Positions 1-9,298 of a stretch of DNA of 64,000 bases are shown here, in pieces; the first letter of the stretch is position 1, and the number at the start of each line of letters is the position of its first letter. Origin of the DNA: Chitinophagales bacterium (lineage in GTDB: Bacteria > Bacteroidota > Bacteroidia > Chitinophagales > Chitinophagaceae); the NCBI GenBank assembly GCA_038206235.1, contig JBBRBB010000008.1:36304-100303 (forward strand), written 5' to 3'. The translations under genes and the position numbers were made by a program. The notes under the pieces were generated by a model that saw nothing but the letters and a program-made list of their open reading frames with translations, was not told the origin of the DNA and made no database searches.

Positions 1-105
1 GCTGCAAACAAACAAAACCGATATAGTGATATGGATGTTGCATTAGTAGCTGATGAATTTACAGGCGTTCCGTCTGAAGATGTAAAATTGTTTTTAAAGG
101 CATAG
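1..105 (+). CDS. 3' end of an unidentified gene (partial, runs off the window)
   Basis: Frame 1 is open from the window edge to TAG at 103-105. No recognisable motif. The same frame stays open again from 106 to 216. Confidence 0.3.
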   Translation, partial: AANKQNRYSDMDVALVADEFTGVPSEDVKLFLKA

Positions 106-254
106 CGTAAACACTCTGCAGTGCAGCCTCAAACTTATAATACGCAAGATTTCTTTGCGGATAAAGATCCTTTTGTAGAAGAAATATTGAAAACCGGAAT
201 TGAGATTGAAGTATAAAATACATTTTTACTCCAATTATTTTTTCGTTTTAAACT

Positions 255-371
255 TTACTCCACCAACACAAATGCCACCCAATAGTAAGGCGGATATTTT
301 TCTTTCATTTTTAATTGTGCTGAAGGTAAGGCATCTCTTGTTGATTGACCGCTTAGCCAATTACGATAGCC
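255..371 (-). pseudogene. Orphan C-terminal remnant of a CHAT-domain gene
   Basis: The reverse strand translates to YRNWLSGQSTRDALPSAQLKMKEKYPPYYWVAFVLVE*. This is near-identical to the C-terminus of the CHAT ORF at 4086 (YRNWLSGESARDALRSTQLKMKEKYPPYDWAAFVLVE*). DNA identity is ~80% by eye, and the frame breaks upstream. Confidence 0.6.
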
Positions 372-746
372 AGTGCTTCTTCTATGGATTATTTTAATCT
401 TTGGTCTGTGGTAGTATCATGGAGATAGATTAGTAAATACCACAGGCTATCGTGAAGTGAAGATGAGGCATTCAGATTTTGAGCATTTGCATTTATGCTT
501 TGTGCACATATACAAACAAGCAGCAATAATATTTTTAGTTTGTTCATCCTCACAGTATTTGAAATAAAAACTAATACTACAATTAATAAAATTCGCAATT
601 CAGAGGATAGCAATGTATTCACAGGTGTTATATGCGCTGACTGCTGGTGTGGTATATCAAAGGAAATGGGTTTTATAATTGTTGGCTGTTCGTGCTTTTT
701 TGTTAAGCCAATGTTTTTTTCTTAGGAGATGAAAGTCTCGTCTTTC

Positions 747-878
747 TTATTTTTTTTTGCCGGAATGTCTTGCTTTATATTGGCGAATAAATTCACTTAT
801 AGCTGCCCTTTCTTCATTTGTCAATGGTTCGCTTTTAATAATGAAGTCAACACCTTTTGGCTCTTTTATATGTCCCAT
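747..878 (-). CDS. Small hypothetical protein, 43 aa (below the ORF-track cutoff)
   Basis: Runs ATG at 878 to TAA at 747 and encodes MGHIKEPKGVDFIIKSEPLTNEERAAISEFIRQYKARHSGKKK. The composition looks protein-like, with no internal stops. Confidence 0.3.
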   Translation of the reverse strand: MGHIKEPKGVDFIIKSEPLTNEERAAISEFIRQYKARHSGKKK

Positions 879-998
879 ATTTTTTAGATCATAAGTTTAC
901 AGTGGATGCTGTCACAGCAATAGCATGACCGCAACAATCTTTTGTAAATATATTTTTTTTGAAAGATGATATTGACTATCAGAAATAGCACTGCCAGC

Positions 999-1050
999 AA
1001 AAAGTATTGCTGCGAGTGGGGGTAGCATATTCTCCCACCTGCAGCAATAC
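999..1050 (-). terminator. Rho-independent terminator downstream of paralog 1
   Basis: 17-bp inverted repeat, gtattgctgcgagtggg (1004-1020) and cccacctgcagcaatac (1034-1050). It is followed by a T-run on the minus strand. Confidence 0.6.
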
Positions 1051-1077
1051 CTGAACGTATAGAACACCTACATTCTT

Positions 1078-3162
1078 CTATTCTTTCACCAGCTTCAGTA
1101 TTTTACTATGCTCTTTATCTTTTACCATTACTATGTAAGTGCCTCGGGCTAAATTGGCAACAGGTATGTTGGTGTTTCTGTCATTTATTTTTTCACTGTG
1201 CCATAAAACTTTTCCGCTTAGGTCTGTTAATGCAATTCTCAATTCATCACTTATATTACTCACACTTACCGAAGCAATATTTGTTGCAGGATTAGGAAAA
1301 ACTGTTGCATCAAAAGCATGTGCATTATGTTCATCCGCATTTAAAGTTTTTGCAGCACCCAAAACTGATAAGGTGAGAAACTCCGGCCCGTTAGCATAAT
1401 TACTGGTAATAGTATCGGGCGTTATTTTACATGCTGTAAGCATTCTCCACTGATAAATAGTAGCAGGTGAAAGGGAATATATAGTTCTGGATGCACTGCT
1501 TCCCCCGGTTACCGATACCGATGTCCATGCAGTAATTCCTTTTATACGGTATTGGTACTGGTATCCAATTGCACAGGTTACGGTGTCCCAGCTTAATGTG
1601 GCTCGTGCTGATGTAATACCGCTTACCCGTAAGTTTGTGGGGGCATTACACTTTTGTATTGTAACCACTGTAGGGTCGCTTGTATTTGCGCAGCCATTTG
1701 CATCAGTAATGGTAACGGTATAGCTGCCTGCTTTGTAAACCATAATACTTTTTGTAGTGCTGTCTCCCACATTCCATAAATAAGTAATCCCGGGTGAAGA
1801 GGTAAGCTTTACACCCTTACTGGGGCATACATTGATGGGTGAAATATTTGTTGTTATGATTGGTTTAGGCGGTAATGCGTTCAAATTCACTATCACAGCT
1901 GTAGTAGAATAAGCTTGGCAATTTCCCAGGTTTGATGTTACGGAATAATTGCCCTGAGCATTCACAGAAATAATTCGCGTAGTAGCTCCATTGCTCCACA
2001 GATAATTACTGAAACCGGATGAAGCAGTAAGTGTAGCACTGCTGCCCTGGCAAATATCAAGAGGACCTACAGGCGTTATAATAATTGTTTGCCCGCAGGA
2101 AGGTCCATGAATATAATCCCGGAAGGCTACTCCGGTTGGAAGTAATACACCTGTTGCGGATGTAAGAGACTGTGCACCAAAACCACCAGAGCCATCAAAA
2201 AAGAGGCAATACTTAACATTGGCGCTATCCCACTGCTGTAGCAACATGGTTACAAAAGAAGGAGTAGTGTCTTTAACGCCCGTTTCATTTGTAATTACTT
2301 GTTTACCCGTTTGCTGGGTTATGTAATTACAAAGAACCTGCAGCACACCTGTCATTCTATTCATACTTTTCAGCGGCTCATACCAATGAAGATTTACATA
2401 AGATAATTGTAATGTTTTATAAGCGTTTAATAAAGAATCTGTACGTAGCCATAGTGTTGAATCAGGAGAAACGCCGCCCATTTGCTGAGAAAGCCACAAT
2501 GAGCTATCTGGTTTGCCGTTTGTGTCGTAATAGTGTTTAAGGCTTGCAACAAGTGGAGTGGTTAATCCTCCGTTGGTAACAGGCACACCCTTTTTTTTGC
2601 ATGAATCCACTGCAACGGTTAATTCATTAATATAATCCTGCATACTGCCAAAATGATAAAGCTTAGTTTGAGAATCTGCAGTGTCATATCTATCCAATTC
2701 TTCATTTTCTATAACAACAAGCTCCACGCTGCTGCCATAAACATTAAGCACAGAGCCTAAATTATTTTCGAAGGTAACAAGCCTTGCTCCTTTAGGAAAT
2801 GCGGACGGAGTAGTATCATTGTTTATATTCAGCACAATTTTTTTTAAGTGTGTTTTCCAAAAATCAATATAGGTGTTTTGGGTGCCATTCCACCTGGCTA
2901 AAATTTGCGTTTCCCGAACATAATCAACCAACAGGTTATTTGCTGCGGTGTGCCTGTTATTGATATCTGGTCTCACAGATAACACGCCGAAATAGGTGGT
3001 GTCCGGCGCTGCTGCCGATACAGCGGATTTGTTAGAAACCGCAATGCTAAAAGGCAGACTGCCATTTCCTTTCTTGGAGTTTTGCGCATTGGACACATTT
3101 ACAATAAGGCTCAACAGCATTGTTGCAGTGAGCACACCGGTTAAGTACAAGGTTCTTTTCAT
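1078..3162 (-). CDS. Secreted clan-GH-A-like (beta/alpha)8 protein with 2 Ig-like domains, FN3 and a T9SS C-terminal sorting domain (paralog 1)
   Basis: Signal peptide MKRTLYLTGVLTATMLLS..NAQ. Motifs VVIENEE, YINELT, GVPVTNGG, YVNLHWYEP, ITNETG and KYCLFFDG. FN3-like NAPTNLRV..LSWD. The C-terminus FPNPA..GTYIVMV..KLVKE is typical of T9SS cargo. The start is taken at the internal ATG (3162). Confidence 0.7.
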   Translation of the reverse strand: MKRTLYLTGVLTATMLLSLIVNVSNAQNSKKGNGSLPFSIAVSNKSAVSAAAPDTTYFGVLSVRPDINNRHTAANNLLVDYVRETQILARWNGTQNTYIDFWKTHLKKIVLNINNDTTPSAFPKGARLVTFENNLGSVLNVYGSSVELVVIENEELDRYDTADSQTKLYHFGSMQDYINELTVAVDSCKKKGVPVTNGGLTTPLVASLKHYYDTNGKPDSSLWLSQQMGGVSPDSTLWLRTDSLLNAYKTLQLSYVNLHWYEPLKSMNRMTGVLQVLCNYITQQTGKQVITNETGVKDTTPSFVTMLLQQWDSANVKYCLFFDGSGGFGAQSLTSATGVLLPTGVAFRDYIHGPSCGQTIIITPVGPLDICQGSSATLTASSGFSNYLWSNGATTRIISVNAQGNYSVTSNLGNCQAYSTTAVIVNLNALPPKPIITTNISPINVCPSKGVKLTSSPGITYLWNVGDSTTKSIMVYKAGSYTVTITDANGCANTSDPTVVTIQKCNAPTNLRVSGITSARATLSWDTVTCAIGYQYQYRIKGITAWTSVSVTGGSSASRTIYSLSPATIYQWRMLTACKITPDTITSNYANGPEFLTLSVLGAAKTLNADEHNAHAFDATVFPNPATNIASVSVSNISDELRIALTDLSGKVLWHSEKINDRNTNIPVANLARGTYIVMVKDKEHSKILKLVKE

Positions 3163-3290
3163 GATTGAAATTTTTTTGGTTAAGAAATAAATTGAAGAGC
3201 AATTAATTTTGATAATACATTCCCTCGCCATGATAATTGTTACATAGATTTTTTAATTTTTTTTTGAACTTTTTATTTTGTTATGAAAAC

Positions 3291-3327
3291 AAAAAAAGCA
3301 CACTCATTTTTTATGATGAGTGTGCTT
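3291..3327 (-). terminator. Rho-independent terminator (copy 1 of a shared hairpin cassette)
   Basis: Minus-strand reading is aagcacactcat-cataaaaa-atgagtgtgctt followed by T7. It lies directly after the stop of ORF 3332..3637. Confidence 0.65.
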
Positions 3328-3331
3328 GCAG

Positions 3332-3637
3332 TTAATGCATGGCAGATGAAGCATTACCAATGCAACTCATTTTTGATGTGCCTGATTTAATAATGGCAGA
3401 AAGGCAATAAAGCAAACGGAGAAACTTCAGGTGAAGTATTACGGACTTCTGTGTGTAATTGTAATTTTCATCTGCAGACAATATGTTATCAAGCAGCTTT
3501 TTAAATTGTTTGTTTTGCTGTACTTGTGTTGTGCTTGCAGAAAGAAAATTCAGAAGGGTGACTTCATTAGTGTGCGGAGAGATTTCATTAGTGTCAATGT
3601 GGCTAATAGCGTAGCCTGCGTTATTGGTTTTGTTCAT
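3332..3637 (-). CDS. Hypothetical protein
   Basis: 101-aa ORF with its own downstream terminator. Its start context, ATCCAAATCCAATATGTTATGA, is shared with the locus at 10521. Confidence 0.4.
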   Translation of the reverse strand: MNKTNNAGYAISHIDTNEISPHTNEVTLLNFLSASTTQVQQNKQFKKLLDNILSADENYNYTQKSVILHLKFLRLLYCLSAIIKSGTSKMSCIGNASSAMH

Positions 3638-4085
3638 AACATATTGGATTTGGATATTAAGAAAATAAATTCTGCCCGAATGTAAATCCTTTTTGAAAAA
3701 AACGAACAGGCTTTCTTATTTTTCTGATTTTGCACTGCACATCTCCGGGAATGGAAACAACAACAAGAGTGCAGACGACGGCTATTTGGTGCAGATTTTC
3801 AGGTAGTTAGCTTTTATTTTCGGCACCACTTTAACTTGTATTTCTCCTCTAAAAAATTCAGTTTTTTTATGAACCCATTTGGGCAACAAGACGAAATGCT
3901 TTAAAATTTTTGCAGACGACTTCGATAAATAAATGATTTGATATTTACTGCCAGCTCTATTAAAAACAAAATAAGCGTTTTTAAAAGTAATACCAATACT
4001 TAATAAATTTAGTCCAAATTAAAATTGTATTAAAGAACTGAGAGCATCGTTATTATTTCAGCGGAACTTTTCATTTGCAAACTTT

Positions 4086-6909
4086 CTATTCTACCAACAC
4101 GAATGCCGCCCAATCGTAAGGAGGATATTTTTCTTTCATCTTTAATTGTGTTGAGCGTAATGCATCTCTTGCTGACTCTCCGCTTAACCAATTACGATAA
4201 AACAAAGTCATCAATTCTACCGTTTGCTTATCAGGCACACGCCATAAGCTGATTATCATTTGTTTTACGCCGGCCATTTTAAATGCACGCTGCAAACCAA
4301 TTACTCCTTCATTGCCCTGCAAATCTCCAAGTGCAGTTTCGCAGGCACTAAGCACTGCAAGATTTGTATTGCTTAAATCCATTTGCGCTATTTCATAAGC
4401 GGTGAGAATTCCATCTTCATGGTTTCCGGGAATATGTTCTTTATCAGCCTCTGTATTATTGCAACCTGCTAAAACCAAACCACTGCGAAACATTGGGTCT
4501 TGCTGCAGGGTGAAATTATTATTGAATGATTTTTCTTTTGTCGACCAGAAAAATCCATGCGTTGCAATATGAAACACCTCTGGGCTTCTTCCATCCAGCG
4601 CTTTAAATGTTTCTTCTGTAGCAACCGTATCGCTCACAGTAGTAACGCTTATTCCTGCTCTTGTAAATATTTTTTTGATGCTATCCATTTCCAATTTTGT
4701 TCCGGGCAATGGCGGCCATACAATGGATTGCGATAGTGTTGTATCAGACCTGTAAACATTAAAAGAAGATGCAGAGATATTCATATACATATCTGCATCC
4801 ATCCCTCTCGGTGCAAGTGCATGAGTCTTTGCGTTCGCATTATTTGTTTTAAAATCATATTGAATATTGCCCCAAATATTTATGGCAGAAGGTTTTTGCA
4901 TTATCGCTGAAGGCAATACAACAGAGCGTGTGCTGAGCATTTGATTCAAATGATATTTATTTATTAATGTATGATTTGAAGCATCATAAGGCAATGCTTC
5001 AAAAGCGATGCGATGAAGCAAACCTGCAGGTGCATAATAAATTGTATTAACACCTGTAAGATATTTTTCTAATGGTTTCCATAATAATTGGTATAAAGAA
5101 TCGCCTCTTTTGGGTAATTGTTTTTTATTGTTAGCGGCCCCTGAATAAAATCTATTAATGGCGCTTTTATTTTTTCCCTTAATAAGCCTGCCAATTGCTT
5201 TTCTTCAAACAGGGGAATAAATTTTGGGATGCTATCGCCGGGTAATAATATCAGCGCTGCGTACATTATGCTGTCAGTAAATTTTTTATTGTAGAGATTG
5301 AATTTGATAAATTCTATGGCAGCCTCGCCTTGCATTAACTTCTCTGCTATATTTTTTGATGCAAGCGTTTGTTGTTGTTGCTGCTGGCGGAAAGCGAAAG
5401 AAATGCGGGATAGGTTTTGTTCTAATTGATTGGTTGCTTCCTGGAGGCTGTCGAAGTTTTGTAAACGCTGATTAAAATTGATTCATCAAATAAAATTTTT
5501 GCTGAATCAAGTTCACCCGTTTGTTTATAAATATTTCCAAGTAAACTCAGAGAGGCGGCATACTGCGGATGCATTTCTCCGAAAATATTTTTTCTTGTGG
5601 CCAATGCCTGATTACATAAGGTTAATGCTGAATCATGTTTTCCCATTTTCTCATACAAGGATGCAAGATTATACAATCCATTTGCATAGTCCGGGGACTG
5701 TTCTCCTGATATTTTTTTTGTTGCCGCTATCGCTTGTTGCAGACAGGAAAGCGCATTTTCATTTTCGCCCATGCTTTCATATAAAGTGGACATATTGTTT
5801 AAGAGTGTTCCATAACGAGGACCCTCAGTCAATATTTTTAATGCATCCTGATAAAGGGATGAGGCCTTATTATACTCACCCAGGGTTTGATATAATAGCG
5901 CCTCCCAATTTAATTCTTACGCATAATTTGCGGTATTTCAGATGTTTTTTGTTGAATGTCTAAATCTTTTTGAAGATAAGGTATCGCCTGGTCATACTTG
6001 CCCAGGCGTATATAGGTGGTAGCAAGTTGATGTAAGGTTAAAGCAATTATCAGAATAGTCTTTCCCGTACAAATTTTCCTTTATTGTCAATGACTGTTTG
6101 TAATAAGGCAATGCCTTTTCATACTCGCCAATATTATAATAATAACTGCCCACCCCCTCTAAACAATATGCGTATTGAAGATTCTGTTCGCCCAATGTCT
6201 GTTTTGTAAGAGCTAATGCTGGTGTGCACCAGGTGAATGCTTTTTTATACTGCCACAGATAAATAATCATGTCTGAGATGAAATATAAATGCAGTGCATA
6301 ACGCGAATTTTGCTCGCCCAATATTTTTTTCCATATCTTAATTTCTTTTTCAAATATCTGCATTGAACTGTCATAGTCATGATTCTGTAGATATAATATA
6401 GCTAAGTCAAATAAACTATTGGCATACTCAGTATTTTCTTCTCCATAATATTTTTTTTGGATTGCTAATGCCTGCTTAATCATCTGTAATGCTTTTTTAT
6501 ATTCACCTTTCGTCCCACATATTCCACTCATATAATGCAAACTTTCTGCATACTCTGGATGTTCTTCTCCGAATATTTTTTTTCTGATTTCGCTCACGCT
6601 ATTATATTCCATTGTGTCTGTAATTGTTACCCATGTTTTTCTTTTTCTTAGCTCCTTCAGCCATTTGTTCCTGCAAACCACATATAGAAATGCATCGAAG
6701 GGGCAGGTAAGCGTAAAATTTTTTATTTTTGCTCTGTGATAAATTGACAACAGCACTTCCTGAAAAATATCTGCCGCAACTGTTTCAGTACCTTTGTTTT
6801 TCAATACCATCCATTTTATTTTGCCTGAAAATTTTTTGTATAGCTCTTCCTGAACTGTAAGGTCATTATTCAATAAGCCGTTAAAATATTTTTGGTCAGG
6901 GTGCTGCAT
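4086..6909 (-). pseudogene. Frameshifted sigma-70 region-2-like / TPR / CHAT-domain gene
   Basis: Four collinear ORF fragments: 5992..6909, 5422..5832, 5069..5335 and 4086..5021. The N-terminus resembles ECF sigma region 2 (DIFQEVLLSIYHR...FDAFLYVVCRNKWLKELRKRK). About 10 TPR-like repeats follow (GE.HP.YA.SL..L). The C-terminus is CHAT, with a His/Cys dyad context (HIATHGFF, LSACETALG). Translation continues sensibly across each break in another frame. Confidence 0.7.
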
Positions 6910-6961
6910 TGATGGGGATAATTAATGAGGTAAATTTAATAAAAATGCTGTAACAAATAAT

Positions 6962-6992
6962 AAAAAAACCGGACACATATTGTATCCGGCTA
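6962..6992 (-). terminator. Candidate terminator of the rpmI-rplT unit
   Basis: Minus-strand reading is agccgga-tacaatatgtg-tccggtt followed by T7. The stem is short. Confidence 0.5.
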
Positions 6993-7023
6993 AGAAACAT
7001 TTTTCATTTCTGAACTGTTACGG

Positions 7024-7072
7024 CTGACTGCTAACTGTTTACTGCTGACTGTTTACTGCCAACCGCTGACTG
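7024..7072. repeat. Heptamer tandem array (CTGACTG-type, 7 units) abutting the rplT stop codon
   Basis: ctgactg ctaactg tttactg ctgactg tttactg ccaaccg ctgactg. The next nucleotide, 7073, begins the rplT stop codon. Confidence 0.85.
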
Positions 7073-7417
7073 CTATTTCACCGCATCTATCAAAGCCTTA
7101 AAGCTCGCAGGTTCATTCATGGCCATGTCTGCAAGAATCTTTCTGTTTAATTCAATTCCCTTTGTATTCAATGCATGAATAAATTCGCTGTATGTTAAAC
7201 CTTCTGCTCTTACAGCAGCATTAATACGGGCAATCCATAACCGGCGATATTCACGCTTTTTATTTTTGCGGCCTACATAACTATAGGTCATTCCCTTTTC
7301 TACAATATTTTTGGCAACGGTATAAACGTTTTTACGCTTGCCGTAAAAGCCTTTGGCCTGCTTTAGAATTCTTTTTCTTCTTGCCCTTGATGCAACTGTA
7401 TTTACTGAACGTGGCAT
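7073..7417 (-). CDS. rplT: 50S ribosomal protein L20
   Basis: [30 protein letters not shown]... is a canonical L20 sequence. Confidence 0.97.
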   Translation of the reverse strand: MPRSVNTVASRARRKRILKQAKGFYGKRKNVYTVAKNIVEKGMTYSYVGRKNKKREYRRLWIARINAAVRAEGLTYSEFIHALNTKGIELNRKILADMAMNEPASFKALIDAVK

Positions 7418-7430
7418 GGTTAATTATTTT

Positions 7431-7458
7431 AGATTGAAGATTGCAGATTTAAGATTTT
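7431..7458. repeat. Heptamer tandem array (AGATTNN, 4 units) between rpmI and rplT
   Basis: agattga agattgc agattta agatttt. Confidence 0.6.
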
Positions 7459-7516
7459 TGTTTTCCAATGCAAATGGTGATTAGAATTTTTATTATCCCT
7501 TTAGCAGCAGGGATTT

Positions 7517-7714
7517 TTATTTTAAACGCAGCAAGCGCATTACAAAATCTTTGTTAGGCGCAGCAACAAGACCTTTATGGCGAAGATTTCTTTTGCGTTT
7601 TTTTGATTTCTTTGTGAGGATGTGCCGCTTATATGCTTTCTGATGGGTGATCTTTCCTGAAGCCGTTACCCTAAAGCGCTTCTTGGCGCTGGAGTTTGTT
7701 TTTACCTTTGGCAT
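7517..7714 (-). CDS. rpmI: 50S ribosomal protein L35
   Basis: [22 protein letters not shown]... is a canonical L35 sequence. The start is taken at the internal ATG (7714). Confidence 0.95.
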   Translation of the reverse strand: MPKVKTNSSAKKRFRVTASGKITHQKAYKRHILTKKSKKRKRNLRHKGLVAAPNKDFVMRLLRLK

Positions 7715-7841
7715 TCTAATAATCTTTTTTAAGATTACTCCCTGCTGGCGTTTCCGCAATGGTGCAGAACACTTGTTAGAGCCTTGTGGGAAATGGGCGG
7801 CAAAAGTAAGGAGAAGAACTTAAAAAATCTAACACTTATTA

Positions 7842-8816
7842 TTATCCGGCAAAATACTTTAATTCCTCATCGAAATTTAAACCCGAATATCTTTCCTGCA
7901 GCTCTAATGTTTTAGCATAAAATCGTTGCAGAAATTGTTTGTGCTGTTGGGATTGGGGATTGAAAGCTTTATGATTTTTTGCAATCATTATTTTTTTTAT
8001 TTCTTCCATCAACTGGCGGTTTTCTTCATTCATGCAGCTTTCGGTAAATTTTTCAAGCACAAACTCTGTAGCTGCATAGTTGGGATGAACAAGGTCAATA
8101 TCAAAGAAACGATAATCACGCAACACATCAATCACTAATTCATAAGCAGGAAAATAATACAGCTTTTCAAATTTATTTATAAGATGATGAACAGCTTCAA
8201 TTAATCTTGCTTTGCTTCGGTTATTATCAACTACGCCGTCGCGTATATGGCGCACAGGGCTAATGGTGAAAATGATTTTTATTTTTTGGTTGAAATTAAA
8301 AAGCCGGTGAATGGTATTATCGAATGCAGCGATAATTTCATTGTTGCTGCATAAATGTTTATCAAATGTTTGTGCCACTGCCCGATGACAGTTCGCCACG
8401 GGCTCATTTGTTTCTGCAAGTTTGTAAACAAAAGCCGAACCCAATGTTATCATCAGCCAATCGGCTTCGGCTAAAAAATGATGAGCTGTTTGTTGTGATA
8501 GATTAATATTCTGCAAACATGCTTCTTTATCAGGATTTGAAAAACGGCTGTGATGCTGCCAGCTATGCCAGCATTCATTCAGATAAAAAAGTTCTTCTTC
8601 GTTGTATTGCTTGTTTTGAATGTATGAAATAAGACTGCTGCAAGCACTAAGCGGATTAAACAAAATTCCATTTGGATTTTGAAGTGTATTGAATTTTGTA
8701 TTGGCGAGACAATCACCAATATGTTCTGTAAAGCAACTGCCAATAAGCAAAATTTTATCGCTGTATGTTATCGGTAGTGATAAAGATTTTATATGTATGG
8801 GCAATTGAAACTGCAT
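7842..8816 (-). CDS. GSCFA-family protein
   Basis: N-terminal LIGSCFTEHIG matches the eponymous GSCFA motif. Length of ~320 aa is typical. Confidence 0.85.
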   Translation of the reverse strand: MQFQLPIHIKSLSLPITYSDKILLIGSCFTEHIGDCLANTKFNTLQNPNGILFNPLSACSSLISYIQNKQYNEEELFYLNECWHSWQHHSRFSNPDKEACLQNINLSQQTAHHFLAEADWLMITLGSAFVYKLAETNEPVANCHRAVAQTFDKHLCSNNEIIAAFDNTIHRLFNFNQKIKIIFTISPVRHIRDGVVDNNRSKARLIEAVHHLINKFEKLYYFPAYELVIDVLRDYRFFDIDLVHPNYAATEFVLEKFTESCMNEENRQLMEEIKKIMIAKNHKAFNPQSQQHKQFLQRFYAKTLELQERYSGLNFDEELKYFAG

Positions 8817-8818
8817 GT

Positions 8819-9298
8819 TTATTTTTCTTGTTCAAAATGTAAAATCATTTTTTCTCCGGCAGGCAAATCATACCATTGCTGTATTAACTTGCTATATAAA
8901 TCTCTGATTGTTTCTAATTGATGATTCGATAGGGGAGGAGGTATAATTGTATTATCGTTGTTGATGAAACTTTCAGCTAACACCTTATAAAAATCATCCA
9001 ACTTTCCCTGCGCCATTTCTATGGTTAGCAAGTTAACAAGATGTTCGGTAATGATTGCTTCCGGCGTTAACTGAAATTTCCGTTGGGCTTTTGGCAATTC
9101 AAAATCTGTGATGGATACTCCGCCTGCGAGCATGCCATAAAATGCGCTTTTATATGCAAGGCTTGTTTCTACGGCATAATGCATCAGGTCGTGGGAAATA
9201 AAAAAATCATCACACTGCATCCATGTTTGGGTGCCATCATTTCTTATACATGAAATGGTATGCTTTTTATTTTCATGCCTGGTAAAAAAAATTTCCAT
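8819..9298 (-). CDS. Hypothetical protein (HDLMH motif)
   Basis: 159-aa ORF packed tightly between HMG-CoA lyase and the GSCFA gene. No family recognised. Confidence 0.6.
   Translation of the reverse strand: MEIFFTRHENKKHTISCIRNDGTQTWMQCDDFFISHDLMHYAVETSLAYKSAFYGMLAGGVSITDFELPKAQRKFQLTPEAIITEHLVNLLTIEMAQGKLDDFYKVLAESFINNDNTIIPPPLSNHQLETIRDLYSKLIQQWYDLPAGEKMILHFEQEK

Noticed and set aside
103-216. An in-frame TAG at 103-105 is followed by 37 more open codons. This could be readthrough, recoding or a pseudogene.
   Set aside because: The gene is truncated by the window edge and unidentifiable, and a 37-codon open stretch in AT-rich DNA can occur by chance. It cannot be evaluated here.
200-397. 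The plus-strand ORF 200..397.
   Set aside because: It is the antisense shadow of the CHAT C-terminal remnant, which has clear homology on the minus strand.
1139-1399. Many 60-160-aa ORFs antisense to, or out of frame within, long genes. Examples are 1139..1399, 11253..11543, 17029..17463, 25771..26184, 35497..36254, 47473..47946, 52096..52488, 56418..56894 and 59247..59720.
   Set aside because: They are fully nested in well-supported CDS with recognisable families. They have odd composition and no motifs, so I treat them as shadow ORFs.
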